A stretch of DNA of 64,000 nt from Clostridiales bacterium (GTDB taxonomy: Bacteria; Bacillota; Clostridia; Christensenellales; Aristaeellaceae): positions 14,207 to 78,206 of the forward strand of contig JAAYDR010000113.1 in the NCBI GenBank assembly GCA_012729115.1. Direction: 5' to 3'. The translations under genes were made by a program, and so were the position numbers. This document shows, piece by piece, positions 51,643 through 60,803 of the stretch. The notes beneath the pieces are model-generated. The model was not told where the DNA came from. It saw only the letters and a list, made by a program, of their open reading frames with translations, and searched no databases. Numbering within the stretch: position 1 is the stretch's first letter; each line of letters opens with the position of its first letter.

Positions 51643-53742
51643 ATGAAGTTTGGCTATACCAAGGACTATCTCACCCGGAGAAACAGGCCCTGGTTCCCCG
51701 TCGTTGGAGAAGTTCACTATTCCCGCATCCCGGCATCGGAATGGGAAGACGCGCTGTACAAAATGATGATGGGGGGCGTGTGCGTTGCTTCCTGCGATGT
51801 GATCTGGATTCATCATGAGGAAGTCAGGGGGGAGTGGGACTTTCGCGGCCGCAAGGACCTGCGGCGCTTTGTACAAACCTGCAAGGCCTGCGGGCTGAAG
51901 CTTTTTTTGCGCATCGGACCCTGGTGCCATGGGGGGGTGCGCAACGGCGGCTTTCCCGACTGGCTGCTGAATGGGAACTGCATCCCCCGCACCAATGACG
52001 AAGGGTACCTTGCCCAGGTGGCCCGGTACTACCGGATGCTGTTCTGTCAGGTGGAGGGGCTGCTCCATAAGGACGGCGGCCCCATCATCGGAGTGAGGAT
52101 CGAAAACGAGTATGGCCATGGGGGCGGACTGAGGGGGCAGGAGGGAGAAAGGCATATGCAAACCCTTGCCTGGCTGGCCAGGGATGCCGGGTTTGACGTA
52201 CCCCTGTTTACCGCCCCCGGCTGGTGCGGGGCTGTCACCGGCGGATTGCTGCCGGTGATGGGCGACTACCGGGAGGCTCCCTGGGACGCGGAGATGACGG
52301 AAAGCAGGCACTCCATCAACGATGTGTTCATGCCCCTGCGCAACTTCCCGGGCAGCGGCTTGAATAACGGCAAGGAAGAAGAAAGGACCCTTGATGCGGA
52401 ACGCTTTCCCTTCCTGATGGCGGAGATGGGGAGCGAATTGCAGGTGACCCGCCATCGCAGACCCGTGGCCACAGGCAAGGATACCGCCGCCAGGAGCGTG
52501 GTCAAGCTGGGCAGCGGCGCAAACCTGCTGGGGTACTCCCTGTACCATGGCGGGGTAAACCCCAGTGGCAAGCATACCGCCTTGCAGGAATGCCGGGAGA
52601 CCGGAGATCCTGACGACGTGCCCGTATGGTCCAGCGACTCCGGGGCCCCTCTGGGCGCTTATGGGCAGTACCGCAGCGCCTATCATGAGCTGAGAATGCT
52701 GGCCCTGTTTGCGACGGACTTTGGGGAGGAGCTGTGCCGGATGCCCCCGGTGTTTTCCCCGGACAATCCCCAGGATCCCGGGGACAATACCCGCCTGAGG
52801 TACAGTTTTCGCATGAACAGCGCGGGGGCGGGCTATGTGTTTTTCTGCAATTATGTGCGCCACATGGTAAGGCCGGATTTTCGGGATGTCCGGCTGGTGG
52901 TTCCCGGTACGGGCAAGGTGCTGCCGCCTCTTTTCATCCCCGCCGGGACTTTTGGGTTCTATCCCTTTGACATGCCGGTGGAAGGCGGCGTCATCCGTTT
53001 TGCCCAGGCAACGCCCCTGTGCCGCGTGGGGCAGACCACGGTGCTCTATGGGGAAAGCGTGGACGCCACGCCAGGCGCCCAGGCGCTGCTGATCACCCGG
53101 GAGGAAGCGCTGCAGGCCTACAAGATCACCCTGGACCGGGAGTATCTGGTCCTCAGCGGGAATCCTGTGCTGGAGGGGCCCGGGGGGTACCGGATCCTGG
53201 CCTCCACGCCGGAGTTATCCCTGCGGGTGTATCCGCCGCTGCCCAAAGTGCCGGAGGGCTTTACCTACCGGGGGGTGAAGAAGGGTTTTGCCTGCTATCA
53301 CAAGGTTCTGCCCTTCCGGCAGCCGGCCTGCGCCATCCATCGGATCGGGGAGAGGCGTTACCGCCTGTGCCCTGCGGATAACCAGGAGGCCGATGATTAT
53401 CATCTGTACATCCGCTACCGGGCGGACCGGGCCACCGTGTATATCCACGGCAAGCCGGTGATGGACGATTTCTGGACAGACGGAGAGTTTTGCGTGGGGC
53501 TGAAACGGCATGGGTTCCCCACCGCACTGGAGGTCGAGCTGGAGCCCCTTTCCCAAAGCGCGCCTGTCGATCTGGATCAATGGCCTGCCATGGACGGCGG
53601 CTGTGTCTGCGCCCTGGACGGTGTAGGGGTGGAACGCATCCTCCAGGTGCCGCTCTCCTTTGGAGAAACCCGTTTTATTTGCTGCAGGAGGGACGATCAT
53701 GACGGATGTATCTGTGCTGGAGACAGTGAAAAAACGCTTTGA
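51643..53742 (+). CDS. glycoside hydrolase family 35-like (beta-galactosidase family)
   Basis: GEVHYSRIP...W, RIGPW...NGGFPDWL and IENEYGH (acid/base Glu) follow the GH35 N-terminal pattern. The family call is by motif only. Confidence 0.75.
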   Translation: MKFGYTKDYLTRRNRPWFPVVGEVHYSRIPASEWEDALYKMMMGGVCVASCDVIWIHHEEVRGEWDFRGRKDLRRFVQTCKACGLKLFLRIGPWCHGGVRNGGFPDWLLNGNCIPRTNDEGYLAQVARYYRMLFCQVEGLLHKDGGPIIGVRIENEYGHGGGLRGQEGERHMQTLAWLARDAGFDVPLFTAPGWCGAVTGGLLPVMGDYREAPWDAEMTESRHSINDVFMPLRNFPGSGLNNGKEEERTLDAERFPFLMAEMGSELQVTRHRRPVATGKDTAARSVVKLGSGANLLGYSLYHGGVNPSGKHTALQECRETGDPDDVPVWSSDSGAPLGAYGQYRSAYHELRMLALFATDFGEELCRMPPVFSPDNPQDPGDNTRLRYSFRMNSAGAGYVFFCNYVRHMVRPDFRDVRLVVPGTGKVLPPLFIPAGTFGFYPFDMPVEGGVIRFAQATPLCRVGQTTVLYGESVDATPGAQALLITREEALQAYKITLDREYLVLSGNPVLEGPGGYRILASTPELSLRVYPPLPKVPEGFTYRGVKKGFACYHKVLPFRQPACAIHRIGERRYRLCPADNQEADDYHLYIRYRADRATVYIHGKPVMDDFWTDGEFCVGLKRHGFPTALEVELEPLSQSAPVDLDQWPAMDGGCVCALDGVGVERILQVPLSFGETRFICCRRDDHDGCICAGDSEKTL

Positions 53743-54241
53743 GGCAAACAGGGATCGCCACCCGGGCATCCGGTGGGAAATGGTAGAAGCCCGGCTGAAA
53801 GCCGACGGGGAAAAGCTTCGCGCCCTGGGCGAAATGGAGCGCACCGGCGGTGAGCCGGATGTGATCGGCCAGGACGCGTACACGGGGGAGGTTCTTTTTG
53901 TGGATTGCAGCCCCGAAACGCCGGCAGGCCGCCGCAACGGCTGCTATGACGGGGAGGGGGAGGCGCAGCGCGTGAAGAAAGGCATTTTCCCCTCCGGCAA
54001 CGCGGTGGACATGGCCGCGGCCATGGGCGTTCAGCTGCTCACGGAGGAGCAGTACAGAGGGCTTCAGCAGCTGGGGGAGTTTGACCTGAAAACCTCCAGC
54101 TGGATCAGGACGCCCCCCGATGTTCGCAAGTTGGGCGGCGCCCTGTTCATGGATCGCCGCTATGGCCGCGTATTTGTGTACCACAACAGCGCGCCTTCCT
54201 TTTACAGCGTGCGGGGGTTCAGGGGGCTGCTACGGGTTTGA
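53699..54241 (+). CDS. DUF4256-family protein
   Basis: ATG 53699 follows AGGAGGGA and overlaps the GH35 3' end by 44 nt. The sequence (RFEANRDRHPGIRW...MERTGGEPDVIG...VLFVDCSPETPAGRR) matches the DUF4256 pattern. Confidence 0.7.
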   Translation: MTDVSVLETVKKRFEANRDRHPGIRWEMVEARLKADGEKLRALGEMERTGGEPDVIGQDAYTGEVLFVDCSPETPAGRRNGCYDGEGEAQRVKKGIFPSGNAVDMAAAMGVQLLTEEQYRGLQQLGEFDLKTSSWIRTPPDVRKLGGALFMDRRYGRVFVYHNSAPSFYSVRGFRGLLRV

Positions 54242-54901
54242 GGGAGCCTGGGCCGGCGCGTGCCGGGCGGGCGGCACATAGCTGTGCCGCCGATGAAGGG
54301 CCTTGCCGCTCAGCCCGTTTTTCCGCGCCTGGCTGCGCCAGCTGAAATGGGCGATGGTTTTGTACAAAAAGCGCGGAAAATCCGGCTCCACAAAGCAATC
54401 ATGGTCGCTTTGGCCGGCCAGGACCAGGCCGGCCAGGGTCTGAAGCTCCTTGCCCAGCTTGGCAAAGGGGCCGCTTCCTATGGGCGCGGCCAGGGCCATG
54501 CCCCCCGCTCCGATGCCGATGGCCTTGCCCCAAGCAAGGCCGCTTTTCTCGCACCAGATCTTCATCATCTCCAGGGCCAGGCGGGTTTGTCGCGCCTCAA
54601 AAAAGCCCGCGTTGCAAAGCACATAAACCCTGGCCGCTGCCTGATGTTCTTTCAGGCTCTTTTCCATGGCCTCCAAAAAGACCAGCAGGTGGGAGGGAAT
54701 GCCGTCCACATAGAGGGGAAAGGCAATCACCAGGGCATCCTGATCCAGCAGATCCCTGGCGACGGCTGCTCCGTCAAAGCTTCTGGCATCCCGCCAGAGG
54801 AGGGTCTGCTGTCCGCCCAGGAAGGCTTCCATGGCCCTCAGGTAATGGGCGGAGGCGCTGTGCTGCGCCTTGGGGCTTCCGTCCAGCAATAATATTTTCA
54901 T
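54230..54901 (-). CDS. flavodoxin-like fold NAD(P)H-dependent oxidoreductase
   Basis: MKILLLDGSPK...ALVIAFPLYVDGIPS has the typical FMN-reductase-like layout. Confidence 0.7.
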   Translation of the reverse strand: MKILLLDGSPKAQHSASAHYLRAMEAFLGGQQTLLWRDARSFDGAAVARDLLDQDALVIAFPLYVDGIPSHLLVFLEAMEKSLKEHQAAARVYVLCNAGFFEARQTRLALEMMKIWCEKSGLAWGKAIGIGAGGMALAAPIGSGPFAKLGKELQTLAGLVLAGQSDHDCFVEPDFPRFLYKTIAHFSWRSQARKNGLSGKALHRRHSYVPPARHAPAQAPSNP

Positions 54902-55407
54902 AGCAGGGCCTCTTTCAGATGGGGGAGGGAATCATGAAAGCAAACCTGGCATCCCTCTGCGCCCAGGTTCACCGCGTTGGCCTTCACCAGCCGCCGGGCG
55001 ATTCCCCGTTCTCCCTCGCTGATGCCCTCCCCGTAGAAATGGGCGGTGAGGGTCAGGGGATTGTCATAGCGGGCGGTGTGGTGCATTTCGCTGCCCACAT
55101 AGCGGAAAAAGGGCATCATATACCCGATGGAGCGGTCCAGCACGGCCTTCACCTCCGGGGAAAAGCCGCCGTACACATTGCGGCTGACCAAGATCAGCTC
55201 CCGCCCGGCGGCCATCATGGCCGGGCTGTCCCAGCACCGGTCTTTGATCACGCACCGGCCCGGGGTTTTGATCCAGCAGCCAAAGCAGCCAACGCATGGC
55301 TTCACCCTGGGTTTTGCGGAAAAAAGGATCACACTTTCAGGTACAGCATATTTCAACTGTCTTTCGTCTTTTTCGTCCAGGTCATGGATGAGCAGGCGAA
55401 CCTTCAA
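54898..55407 (-). CDS. flavodoxin-like protein with C-x2-C-x2-C-x7-C motif
   Basis: KPCVGCFGCWIKTPGRCV is a cysteine cluster like that of iron-sulfur flavoproteins. The N-terminus lacks the usual GSPR phosphate loop. Its stop overlaps the next start by 4 nt. Confidence 0.6.
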   Translation of the reverse strand: MKVRLLIHDLDEKDERQLKYAVPESVILFSAKPRVKPCVGCFGCWIKTPGRCVIKDRCWDSPAMMAAGRELILVSRNVYGGFSPEVKAVLDRSIGYMMPFFRYVGSEMHHTARYDNPLTLTAHFYGEGISEGERGIARRLVKANAVNLGAEGCQVCFHDSLPHLKEALL

Positions 55408-55578
55408 AACCGTCCCCTCCCCTTCTTTGATATCATTCAGGCATATTGTACCAGCAAAGGCGGCTGTTTATAAAGCAGGTTTTGATGAGAATCTCCTGAG
55501 ATTCCAAAAGGGAGTACCAGGGGGCAGCGGGCTGGCAATCTCTCCAGGGCTGTGCTATAATGGTCGCTCACAGGTACA

Positions 55579-56985
55579 ATGTATACAAGGCAAGTGATGT
55601 GGGGAATGCGCTCCAGAAACCTTCAGAGGAAGATAACAAGGTCCCATGACATGGACATGTGCAGCGGGCCGCTTTTTAAGAAGATTTTGGTCTTCGCGCT
55701 GCCCATCATGGCCATGAATGTGCTGCAGCTGCTGTTCAATGCCGCCGATATGGTGATCGCCGGACGGTTTTCGGGCAAGGAAGCGCTGGCGGCCGTAGGC
55801 GCGGCAGGCTCGCTGATCAACCTGATTGTAAACCTTTTTATGGGCCTGAGCGTGGGCACCAGCGTGGTGGTAGCCCAGGAGTATGGGGCTCAGCAGCCTG
55901 GGGACGTGAGCCGCACCGTGCACACCTCCCTGCTGATCAGCGGTATCAGCGGGCTGGTGGTGATGGCCGCGGGGCTGTTCCTGTGCGGGCCCATGCTGGC
56001 CCTGATGGGCACCCCGGAGGATATCCTGCCCCTGTCCGTTTTGTACATGACCATCTACTTTCTGGGCGTTCCGGCCAGCATGGTGTACAACTTCGGCGCG
56101 GCCATCCTGCGGGCCGTTGGCGACAGCAGGCGGCCCATGTATTATCTGACTTTTTCCGGCATGGTCAATGTGGTGCTTAATCTGTTCTTTGTGATCGTCC
56201 TGCGCATGGGCGTGGACGGTCTGGCCTGGGCCACCAATATCTCCCAGTACATTGCCATGGCGCTGATCCTCCTGTACCTGTCCAAAAGCGACAGGGCCAT
56301 CCGGCTTTTTCCCAAAAAGCTGCGCATCGACAGGGAAAAGCTGCTGCGCATTGTCAAGATTGGTCTTCCCGCGGGCCTGCAGAACCTGCTGTTTTCCATC
56401 TCCAACGTGCTGGTGCAGGCGGCCATCAACTCCTTTGGCTCCGCGCTGGTGGCGGCCAGCTCCGCCGCTTCTAATATAGAAGGTTTTGTAAGCACCGCCA
56501 TGAACGCCTATTACAACGCGGCCATCACCTTTACCGGGCAGAACATGGGCGCAAAGAAGTATGAGAGGATTGACAAGGTGGCCCAGGTGTCCACGGTGCT
56601 CATTTTCATCTCCTGGATTGTGGTGGGCGGCCTGACGATGCTCTTTGCCAGAACCCTGCTGGGCATCTACACCGCAGACGCCCATATCATCGATCTGGGC
56701 GTCATCCGCATCAATGTGCTGATGGTGGCCTATTTTACCTGCGGCATCATGAATGTGTTCCCCGGCATCACCCGGGGTATGGGCTTTTCGGTAACGCCCA
56801 TGCTCTGTACGCTGCTGGGGGCGTGCCTGCTTCGGATTGTGTGGCTGTGGACCTTCTTTGCCTGGAACCCCACGGTTGTCATGCTCTTTGCCTGCTATCC
56901 CGTCACCTGGACGGTGGCGGGCATTGGGCAGGTGGCGGCCTTCTACCATGCCCGCAAAAAAGTGCGCCTTATAAGTGAGGGCTGA
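55579..56985 (+). CDS. MATE family efflux transporter
   Basis: GPLFKKILVFALPIMAMNVLQLLFNAADMVIAGRF and 12 TM. The probable real start is ATG 55651 (MDMCSGPL). Confidence 0.9.
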   Translation: MYTRQVMWGMRSRNLQRKITRSHDMDMCSGPLFKKILVFALPIMAMNVLQLLFNAADMVIAGRFSGKEALAAVGAAGSLINLIVNLFMGLSVGTSVVVAQEYGAQQPGDVSRTVHTSLLISGISGLVVMAAGLFLCGPMLALMGTPEDILPLSVLYMTIYFLGVPASMVYNFGAAILRAVGDSRRPMYYLTFSGMVNVVLNLFFVIVLRMGVDGLAWATNISQYIAMALILLYLSKSDRAIRLFPKKLRIDREKLLRIVKIGLPAGLQNLLFSISNVLVQAAINSFGSALVAASSAASNIEGFVSTAMNAYYNAAITFTGQNMGAKKYERIDKVAQVSTVLIFISWIVVGGLTMLFARTLLGIYTADAHIIDLGVIRINVLMVAYFTCGIMNVFPGITRGMGFSVTPMLCTLLGACLLRIVWLWTFFAWNPTVVMLFACYPVTWTVAGIGQVAAFYHARKKVRLISEG

Positions 56986-58438
56986 TGTTGATCACAATGG
57001 CTTTTGGCCTTGTCATGGCTTCAATGGAATAGCGGATGCCCTGTACCCCAATGCCGGAGGATTTTACCCCCAGGAAGGGGAAGTGGTCCGGCCCCCGCTC
57101 GGTTTTGCCGTTCACCTGAACGGTTCCCACCTCCAGCCTGGAAGCAATGGAAAAGGCCTGGTCGATATTCTGGGTAAAGATGCAGGACTGTAGGCCGTAC
57201 TCGGAGCGGTTGGCGATTTCAATGGCTTCCTGTGCGTCCCTGATGCGGATGATGGGCAGAACCGGGCCAAAGGGCTCCTCCCAGGCAAGCTTCATCTGTG
57301 TTGTCACATGATCCATCAACACCGGATGGACCAGGTTTTTCTCCCGCTTGCCGCCAAGGAGGAGCTTGGCCCCTTTGTCCTTTGCTTCCTCCACCAGACT
57401 CATCACCGTATCGGCCGCATGCTCGTCAATGAGTGGCACAATGGTTACCTCATCGTCTGCGGCAGGATTGCCGGCTTTCAGTGCCGCCACCTTTTCCCGG
57501 AGCATGTCTGCCAGATGGTCGGCCACGCAATCGACGACCAGCACCCGCTTGACAGCCGTGCAGCGCTGCCCGGAATAGGAATATGCCCCTGATACGATGT
57601 TGCTGACCGCCAGGGGGAGATTGGCGTCCTCCAGTACTATCGCCGGGTCCTTCCCGCCCAGTTCCATCAGCATCGGCTTCATTTTCACCAGCCCCGCAAT
57701 GCGCTTTCCCACCTGGGTGCTGCCTGTAAAGTTGATGAAATCCAGCTTTTCGTGGGTGACCGTATAGTCGCCGATGTCCTGTCCATAGCCGGTTACCGTG
57801 TTCAGCACACCGGCGGGCAAGCCTGCCATTTCAAAGGCTTTTACCAGATGCAGCGCGGAGATGGCCCCCTGGGTGGCCGGCTTGAACACCACGGTGTTGC
57901 CTGCTACCAGGGCCGGTGCAATTTTGGATGCGGACAGGTTGACAGGATAGTTGAAGGGGGAAATGGCCAACACCACTCCCAGGGGCTCCCGGGTCACCAG
58001 GGAGATCTTGCTTTTGGTGAACCCCGGAAAGCTTTCGCTGGGGATGGACTCCCCGGGCATGTTTTTGGCGCTGTCGGCGGCAAAGCGGATATAATCGGCT
58101 GTTCTGAGCACTTCCGACAGCCCGCTTTTGCGATCCTTGCCGATTTCATAAAGCAGGACCTCCACCATTTCCCGGGCATTTTCCGTAAGGATGGAGGCGG
58201 CCCTGTGCAGGATTTCCGCCCGCCGGTGGATGGGCACGTCCCTCCAGCGGGGCTGGGCGCGCTTGGCAATATCCATCGCCTCATCCACATCGTCCTTGCA
58301 CATGGCGGTCACTTTCCCCACCAGGCTGCCATCCAGAGGCGAGCGGATTTCAATCAGATCCGCGCCTTCCTTTTGTATCCATTTTCCGCTTTGGTAGTTG
58401 GGATAGACCTTCCCCGGAAGTTCAAGATCGCTGAACAT
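56969..58438 (-). CDS. gapN: non-phosphorylating NADP-dependent glyceraldehyde-3-phosphate dehydrogenase-like aldehyde dehydrogenase
   Basis: ALDH family with ELGGKD and YSGQRCTA (catalytic Cys). The overall sequence is GapN-like. ATG 58438 follows AAAGGAG. The 3' end overlaps the convergent MATE gene by 17 nt. Confidence 0.8.
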   Translation of the reverse strand: MFSDLELPGKVYPNYQSGKWIQKEGADLIEIRSPLDGSLVGKVTAMCKDDVDEAMDIAKRAQPRWRDVPIHRRAEILHRAASILTENAREMVEVLLYEIGKDRKSGLSEVLRTADYIRFAADSAKNMPGESIPSESFPGFTKSKISLVTREPLGVVLAISPFNYPVNLSASKIAPALVAGNTVVFKPATQGAISALHLVKAFEMAGLPAGVLNTVTGYGQDIGDYTVTHEKLDFINFTGSTQVGKRIAGLVKMKPMLMELGGKDPAIVLEDANLPLAVSNIVSGAYSYSGQRCTAVKRVLVVDCVADHLADMLREKVAALKAGNPAADDEVTIVPLIDEHAADTVMSLVEEAKDKGAKLLLGGKREKNLVHPVLMDHVTTQMKLAWEEPFGPVLPIIRIRDAQEAIEIANRSEYGLQSCIFTQNIDQAFSIASRLEVGTVQVNGKTERGPDHFPFLGVKSSGIGVQGIRYSIEAMTRPKAIVINISPHL

Positions 58439-58491
58439 GGATGACTCCTTTCTGCTCACTCCTTTGCTATGATTCCCACTCCGATGGTAAA

Positions 58492-58520
58492 AGTATAGCA
58501 GAAAGCGGCCCGACTGCCAA
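58492..58520 (-). promoter_or_regulatory. sigma-A-type promoter for gapN
   Basis: On the minus strand: TTGGCA (58520-58515), 17-nt spacer, TATACT (58497-58492). Confidence 0.55.
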
Positions 58521-58617
58521 TGATTCCGTGGGCGCTGTCAAAGCGGGAGGGCTTTTCCAGACGAATAGACGAAAAGACGGTGCCGGAAACTGTACCTGCG
58601 ATTTTAGGGGCGGCAGC

Positions 58618-60489
58618 CTACCCGCTGATTCTGGTCTGGAACGCGGTTTGGGGCTGCCAGGGCAGGATTCTGACGCCCCGGGTCTGCAGGAGCGAGCCGG
58701 GCACCTTCTCCCCAAGTTCCATGTGCTCTTTGCTGACCATTTTGCCAAACTCAAGGCGGATGCGGCTTTTTTTCATCAGCTCCGTCTGCAGGGCTTGCAG
58801 CCTGGCATGCCACTCCTTCCCGCTCCTGCAGGGGAAATAACCCAGCGCCCTGTTGGCATAGGCGCTTAGCTGCTCCCAGGACAGGAAGACATCCAAAGGG
58901 TTGTCCTGGTGCGCCATGCAGATCACCTGCACAAGGGGATCTTCCTCATAGGCGACGCCTTTGCGGCGGCGCTCCGCCTGCATCTGCACATCCTGATAGG
59001 TGAGGGAGGAATACCCCTCCCATGTGACGCCGCCCCTGTGCCCGATGCGGTAGAGGATGGTTCTTCCGGTTTTGGCGTTGCTGGACTTGGTTTGCAGCAT
59101 CACGCACTGGTCCTCATCCTCCGGGTTGCGCTCCACATACAGGACGCTGCGGGAGGCGGCGGGGATGTCCACAGAGCCCAGGGCCCTGTAGATGGCCTTG
59201 CCGCCCAGGCTGCCCTTGGACATGTGGCTGATAATGAGCACCGCGCAGCCGGTGCGCTTGGCCATGGCCGCCAGATGGGCCATGATGGGGCGGGTCTGGT
59301 TGGCCCGGTGCATGTCGATGCCGCTTCCCAGGAAGGCCTGCAGGGGGTCAAAGATCACCAGCTTCACCTCATGGGCCTTCACCGCTTTCTCAATCTGCGG
59401 GCTTTCAAAGGTCAGCTCATGGGCATTGTCTAAAAAGGCGCACTGGGTCAAATCGCCCCCGCTGGCTTCAATCCGACCCCGGAGGGTTTCCGGGTCATCC
59501 TCCACGGAGAGGATCAGCACCTTTCCCTGGGCGCAGGGCGTATCCTGCATGGGCATCCCCCGGGACACGCAGGCGGCAATCTTGCAGGCCAGGGCGGTTT
59601 TGCCCACGCCGCTGTCCGCCTGGAGGATGGTGAGCTTGCCCAGGGGGAGATAGGGCTCCACCAGGAACTCCGGCTCCCGGAACTCCACCGAGTCGTAGAA
59701 AACCAGCTGGGGGGCATCGGTGGTCTGCGGAGGCGACCACAGAGGCGTTTCCGCCGCCAGGGTCTTTACCCGGGCCAGCACCTCCCCTCCCCGCCTTTCC
59801 ACCAGGTCGGTGATGTCGCCCTTTTCCGGCAGATCCGGGTCCACCCGGGTCAGATCCAGCACCTTCACCCCCTGGGCGATTCCCTGGAGTGCGGCCGCCA
59901 CGGCGGCGGCATGGGCATGGCCCGGCCCGTCATTGTCCGGAAGGATCACCATGCTTTTCCCCCGCAGGGGTGTAAGCTGCTCCGCCGCCAGCCTTCCATT
60001 GGCCCCGTCCGGGGCGCTGACGGCCACCAGGCCCAGGCTCAGGAGGGTGGTTACGTCTTTTTCTCCCTCCACCCAGTAAACCTCCCGGACCTCCCTTGTC
60101 TCGTCCACGTTAAACAGCGCCGGCACCAGGCCTCCCCGCCCATTCCGCCAGGAACCGTCCGGCCCCTGGCGAAACCAGCGGAATTCCTTGCCGGGATAGC
60201 GCCGCTTTTCCAGCTGCACCTGCCCGCTGCAGTCCCGGTAGGGCCAGATCTGTTCAGGCCGCACCAGGGTAACCGGGGATGCATACAAATCGGCCATGGT
60301 CAGCCCCAGAGCTGCCACAATCTGCTGGGGGCTGCACTGGGCATGGCATTTCACCAGAATCCGTCCCTCCTCCCCGGAGCGGACGGACAGGGATGCATGC
60401 CGGTCCCCATGGGCAGGACACCTGGCATAGAAATGACCCTGGCTGCCGCGAACCCCCTGCAGGCGGCCCAGAAACTCCTCCAGATTCAC
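58618..60489 (-). CDS. bifunctional primase/replicative ATPase of mobile-element type (Zn-finger + Toprim + RepA/AAA_25-like P-loop)
   Basis: CPAHGDRHASLSV...KCHAQC zinc-binding motif. Toprim EGEKD and ILPDNDGPG. Walker A LQADSGVGKTAL with RecA-like blocks (VIFDPL, LIISHMSK). GTG start at 60489. Confidence 0.85.
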   Translation of the reverse strand: MNLEEFLGRLQGVRGSQGHFYARCPAHGDRHASLSVRSGEEGRILVKCHAQCSPQQIVAALGLTMADLYASPVTLVRPEQIWPYRDCSGQVQLEKRRYPGKEFRWFRQGPDGSWRNGRGGLVPALFNVDETREVREVYWVEGEKDVTTLLSLGLVAVSAPDGANGRLAAEQLTPLRGKSMVILPDNDGPGHAHAAAVAAALQGIAQGVKVLDLTRVDPDLPEKGDITDLVERRGGEVLARVKTLAAETPLWSPPQTTDAPQLVFYDSVEFREPEFLVEPYLPLGKLTILQADSGVGKTALACKIAACVSRGMPMQDTPCAQGKVLILSVEDDPETLRGRIEASGGDLTQCAFLDNAHELTFESPQIEKAVKAHEVKLVIFDPLQAFLGSGIDMHRANQTRPIMAHLAAMAKRTGCAVLIISHMSKGSLGGKAIYRALGSVDIPAASRSVLYVERNPEDEDQCVMLQTKSSNAKTGRTILYRIGHRGGVTWEGYSSLTYQDVQMQAERRRKGVAYEEDPLVQVICMAHQDNPLDVFLSWEQLSAYANRALGYFPCRSGKEWHARLQALQTELMKKSRIRLEFGKMVSKEHMELGEKVPGSLLQTRGVRILPWQPQTAFQTRISG

Positions 60490-60571
60490 GAGAGATCACC
60501 GCCCCCCTGCTTTTCCAGCTGTTTTGTCATAGATCCACCTCCGTGTTACGCTTTATGCGTGATTCAATTTC

Positions 60572-60599
60572 ATTGTATAGCTTAAAGCGTAATTGTCAA
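60572..60599 (-). promoter_or_regulatory. candidate promoter for the primase gene with flanking inverted repeat
   Basis: On the minus strand: TTGACA (60599-60594), 16-nt spacer, TACAAT (60577-60572). A 10-bp perfect inverted repeat TTACGCTTTA (60546-60555) / TAAAGCGTAA (60583-60592) brackets the -10. Confidence 0.5.
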
Positions 60600-60665
60600 T
60601 GCGCAGGAATGTCTCATTGTGTCTCATCTTTTGGGAGGGGCAAAGGCGTCCCCTCCTGGAAGCTG

Positions 60666-60694
60666 TTGACATTATTCGGCAGAAAATGTATGAT
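60666..60694 (+). promoter_or_regulatory. sigma-A-type promoter for the hybrid kinase gene
   Basis: TTGACA (60666-60671), 17-nt spacer, TATGAT (60689-60694). Confidence 0.6.
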
Positions 60695-60803
60695 AAATCC
60701 GACATTCGTGCGCTTGTAACCAAACAGCCAGCTTCATGCTTAGGAGGCAGCCTTCTCTAAAACAGACTGTCTTTCATTTTATAGAATGGGGGGTGACCCC
60801 GTC

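Noticed and set aside
49777-52863. 479-aa plus-strand ORF (49777-51216) and 467-aa minus-strand ORF (51460-52863).
   Set aside because: They are antisense to the sugar-binding protein and the GH35 gene respectively, and carry no motifs.
55555-56949. 464-aa minus-strand ORF.
   Set aside because: It is antisense to the MATE transporter and is Gly/His/Gln-rich.
60495-60510. G6 homopolymer upstream of the primase start, considered as a phase-variation or frameshift site joining the uORF to the primase.
   Set aside because: I worked through the +1 and -1 shifts by hand. Neither places the uORF in the primase reading frame: one gives an immediate TGA and the other enters the third frame.
58551-60518. 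10-bp direct repeat GCTTTTCCAG on both sides of the primase gene (58551-58560 and 60509-60518), considered as possible att-like insertion scars.
   Set aside because: The repeat is short enough to arise by chance. The right copy lies inside the uORF and the left copy inside the gapN upstream region. No recombinase is present. Comparison with an empty site in a related genome would be needed to revive this idea.
60625-60660. GGAGGGG-N9-CCCCTCC hairpin between the primase promoter and the kinase promoter, considered as a terminator.
   Set aside because: There is no U-tract on either strand in the correct position (TTTT precedes it on the plus strand). It may still insulate the two divergent promoters, but I cannot support a terminator call.
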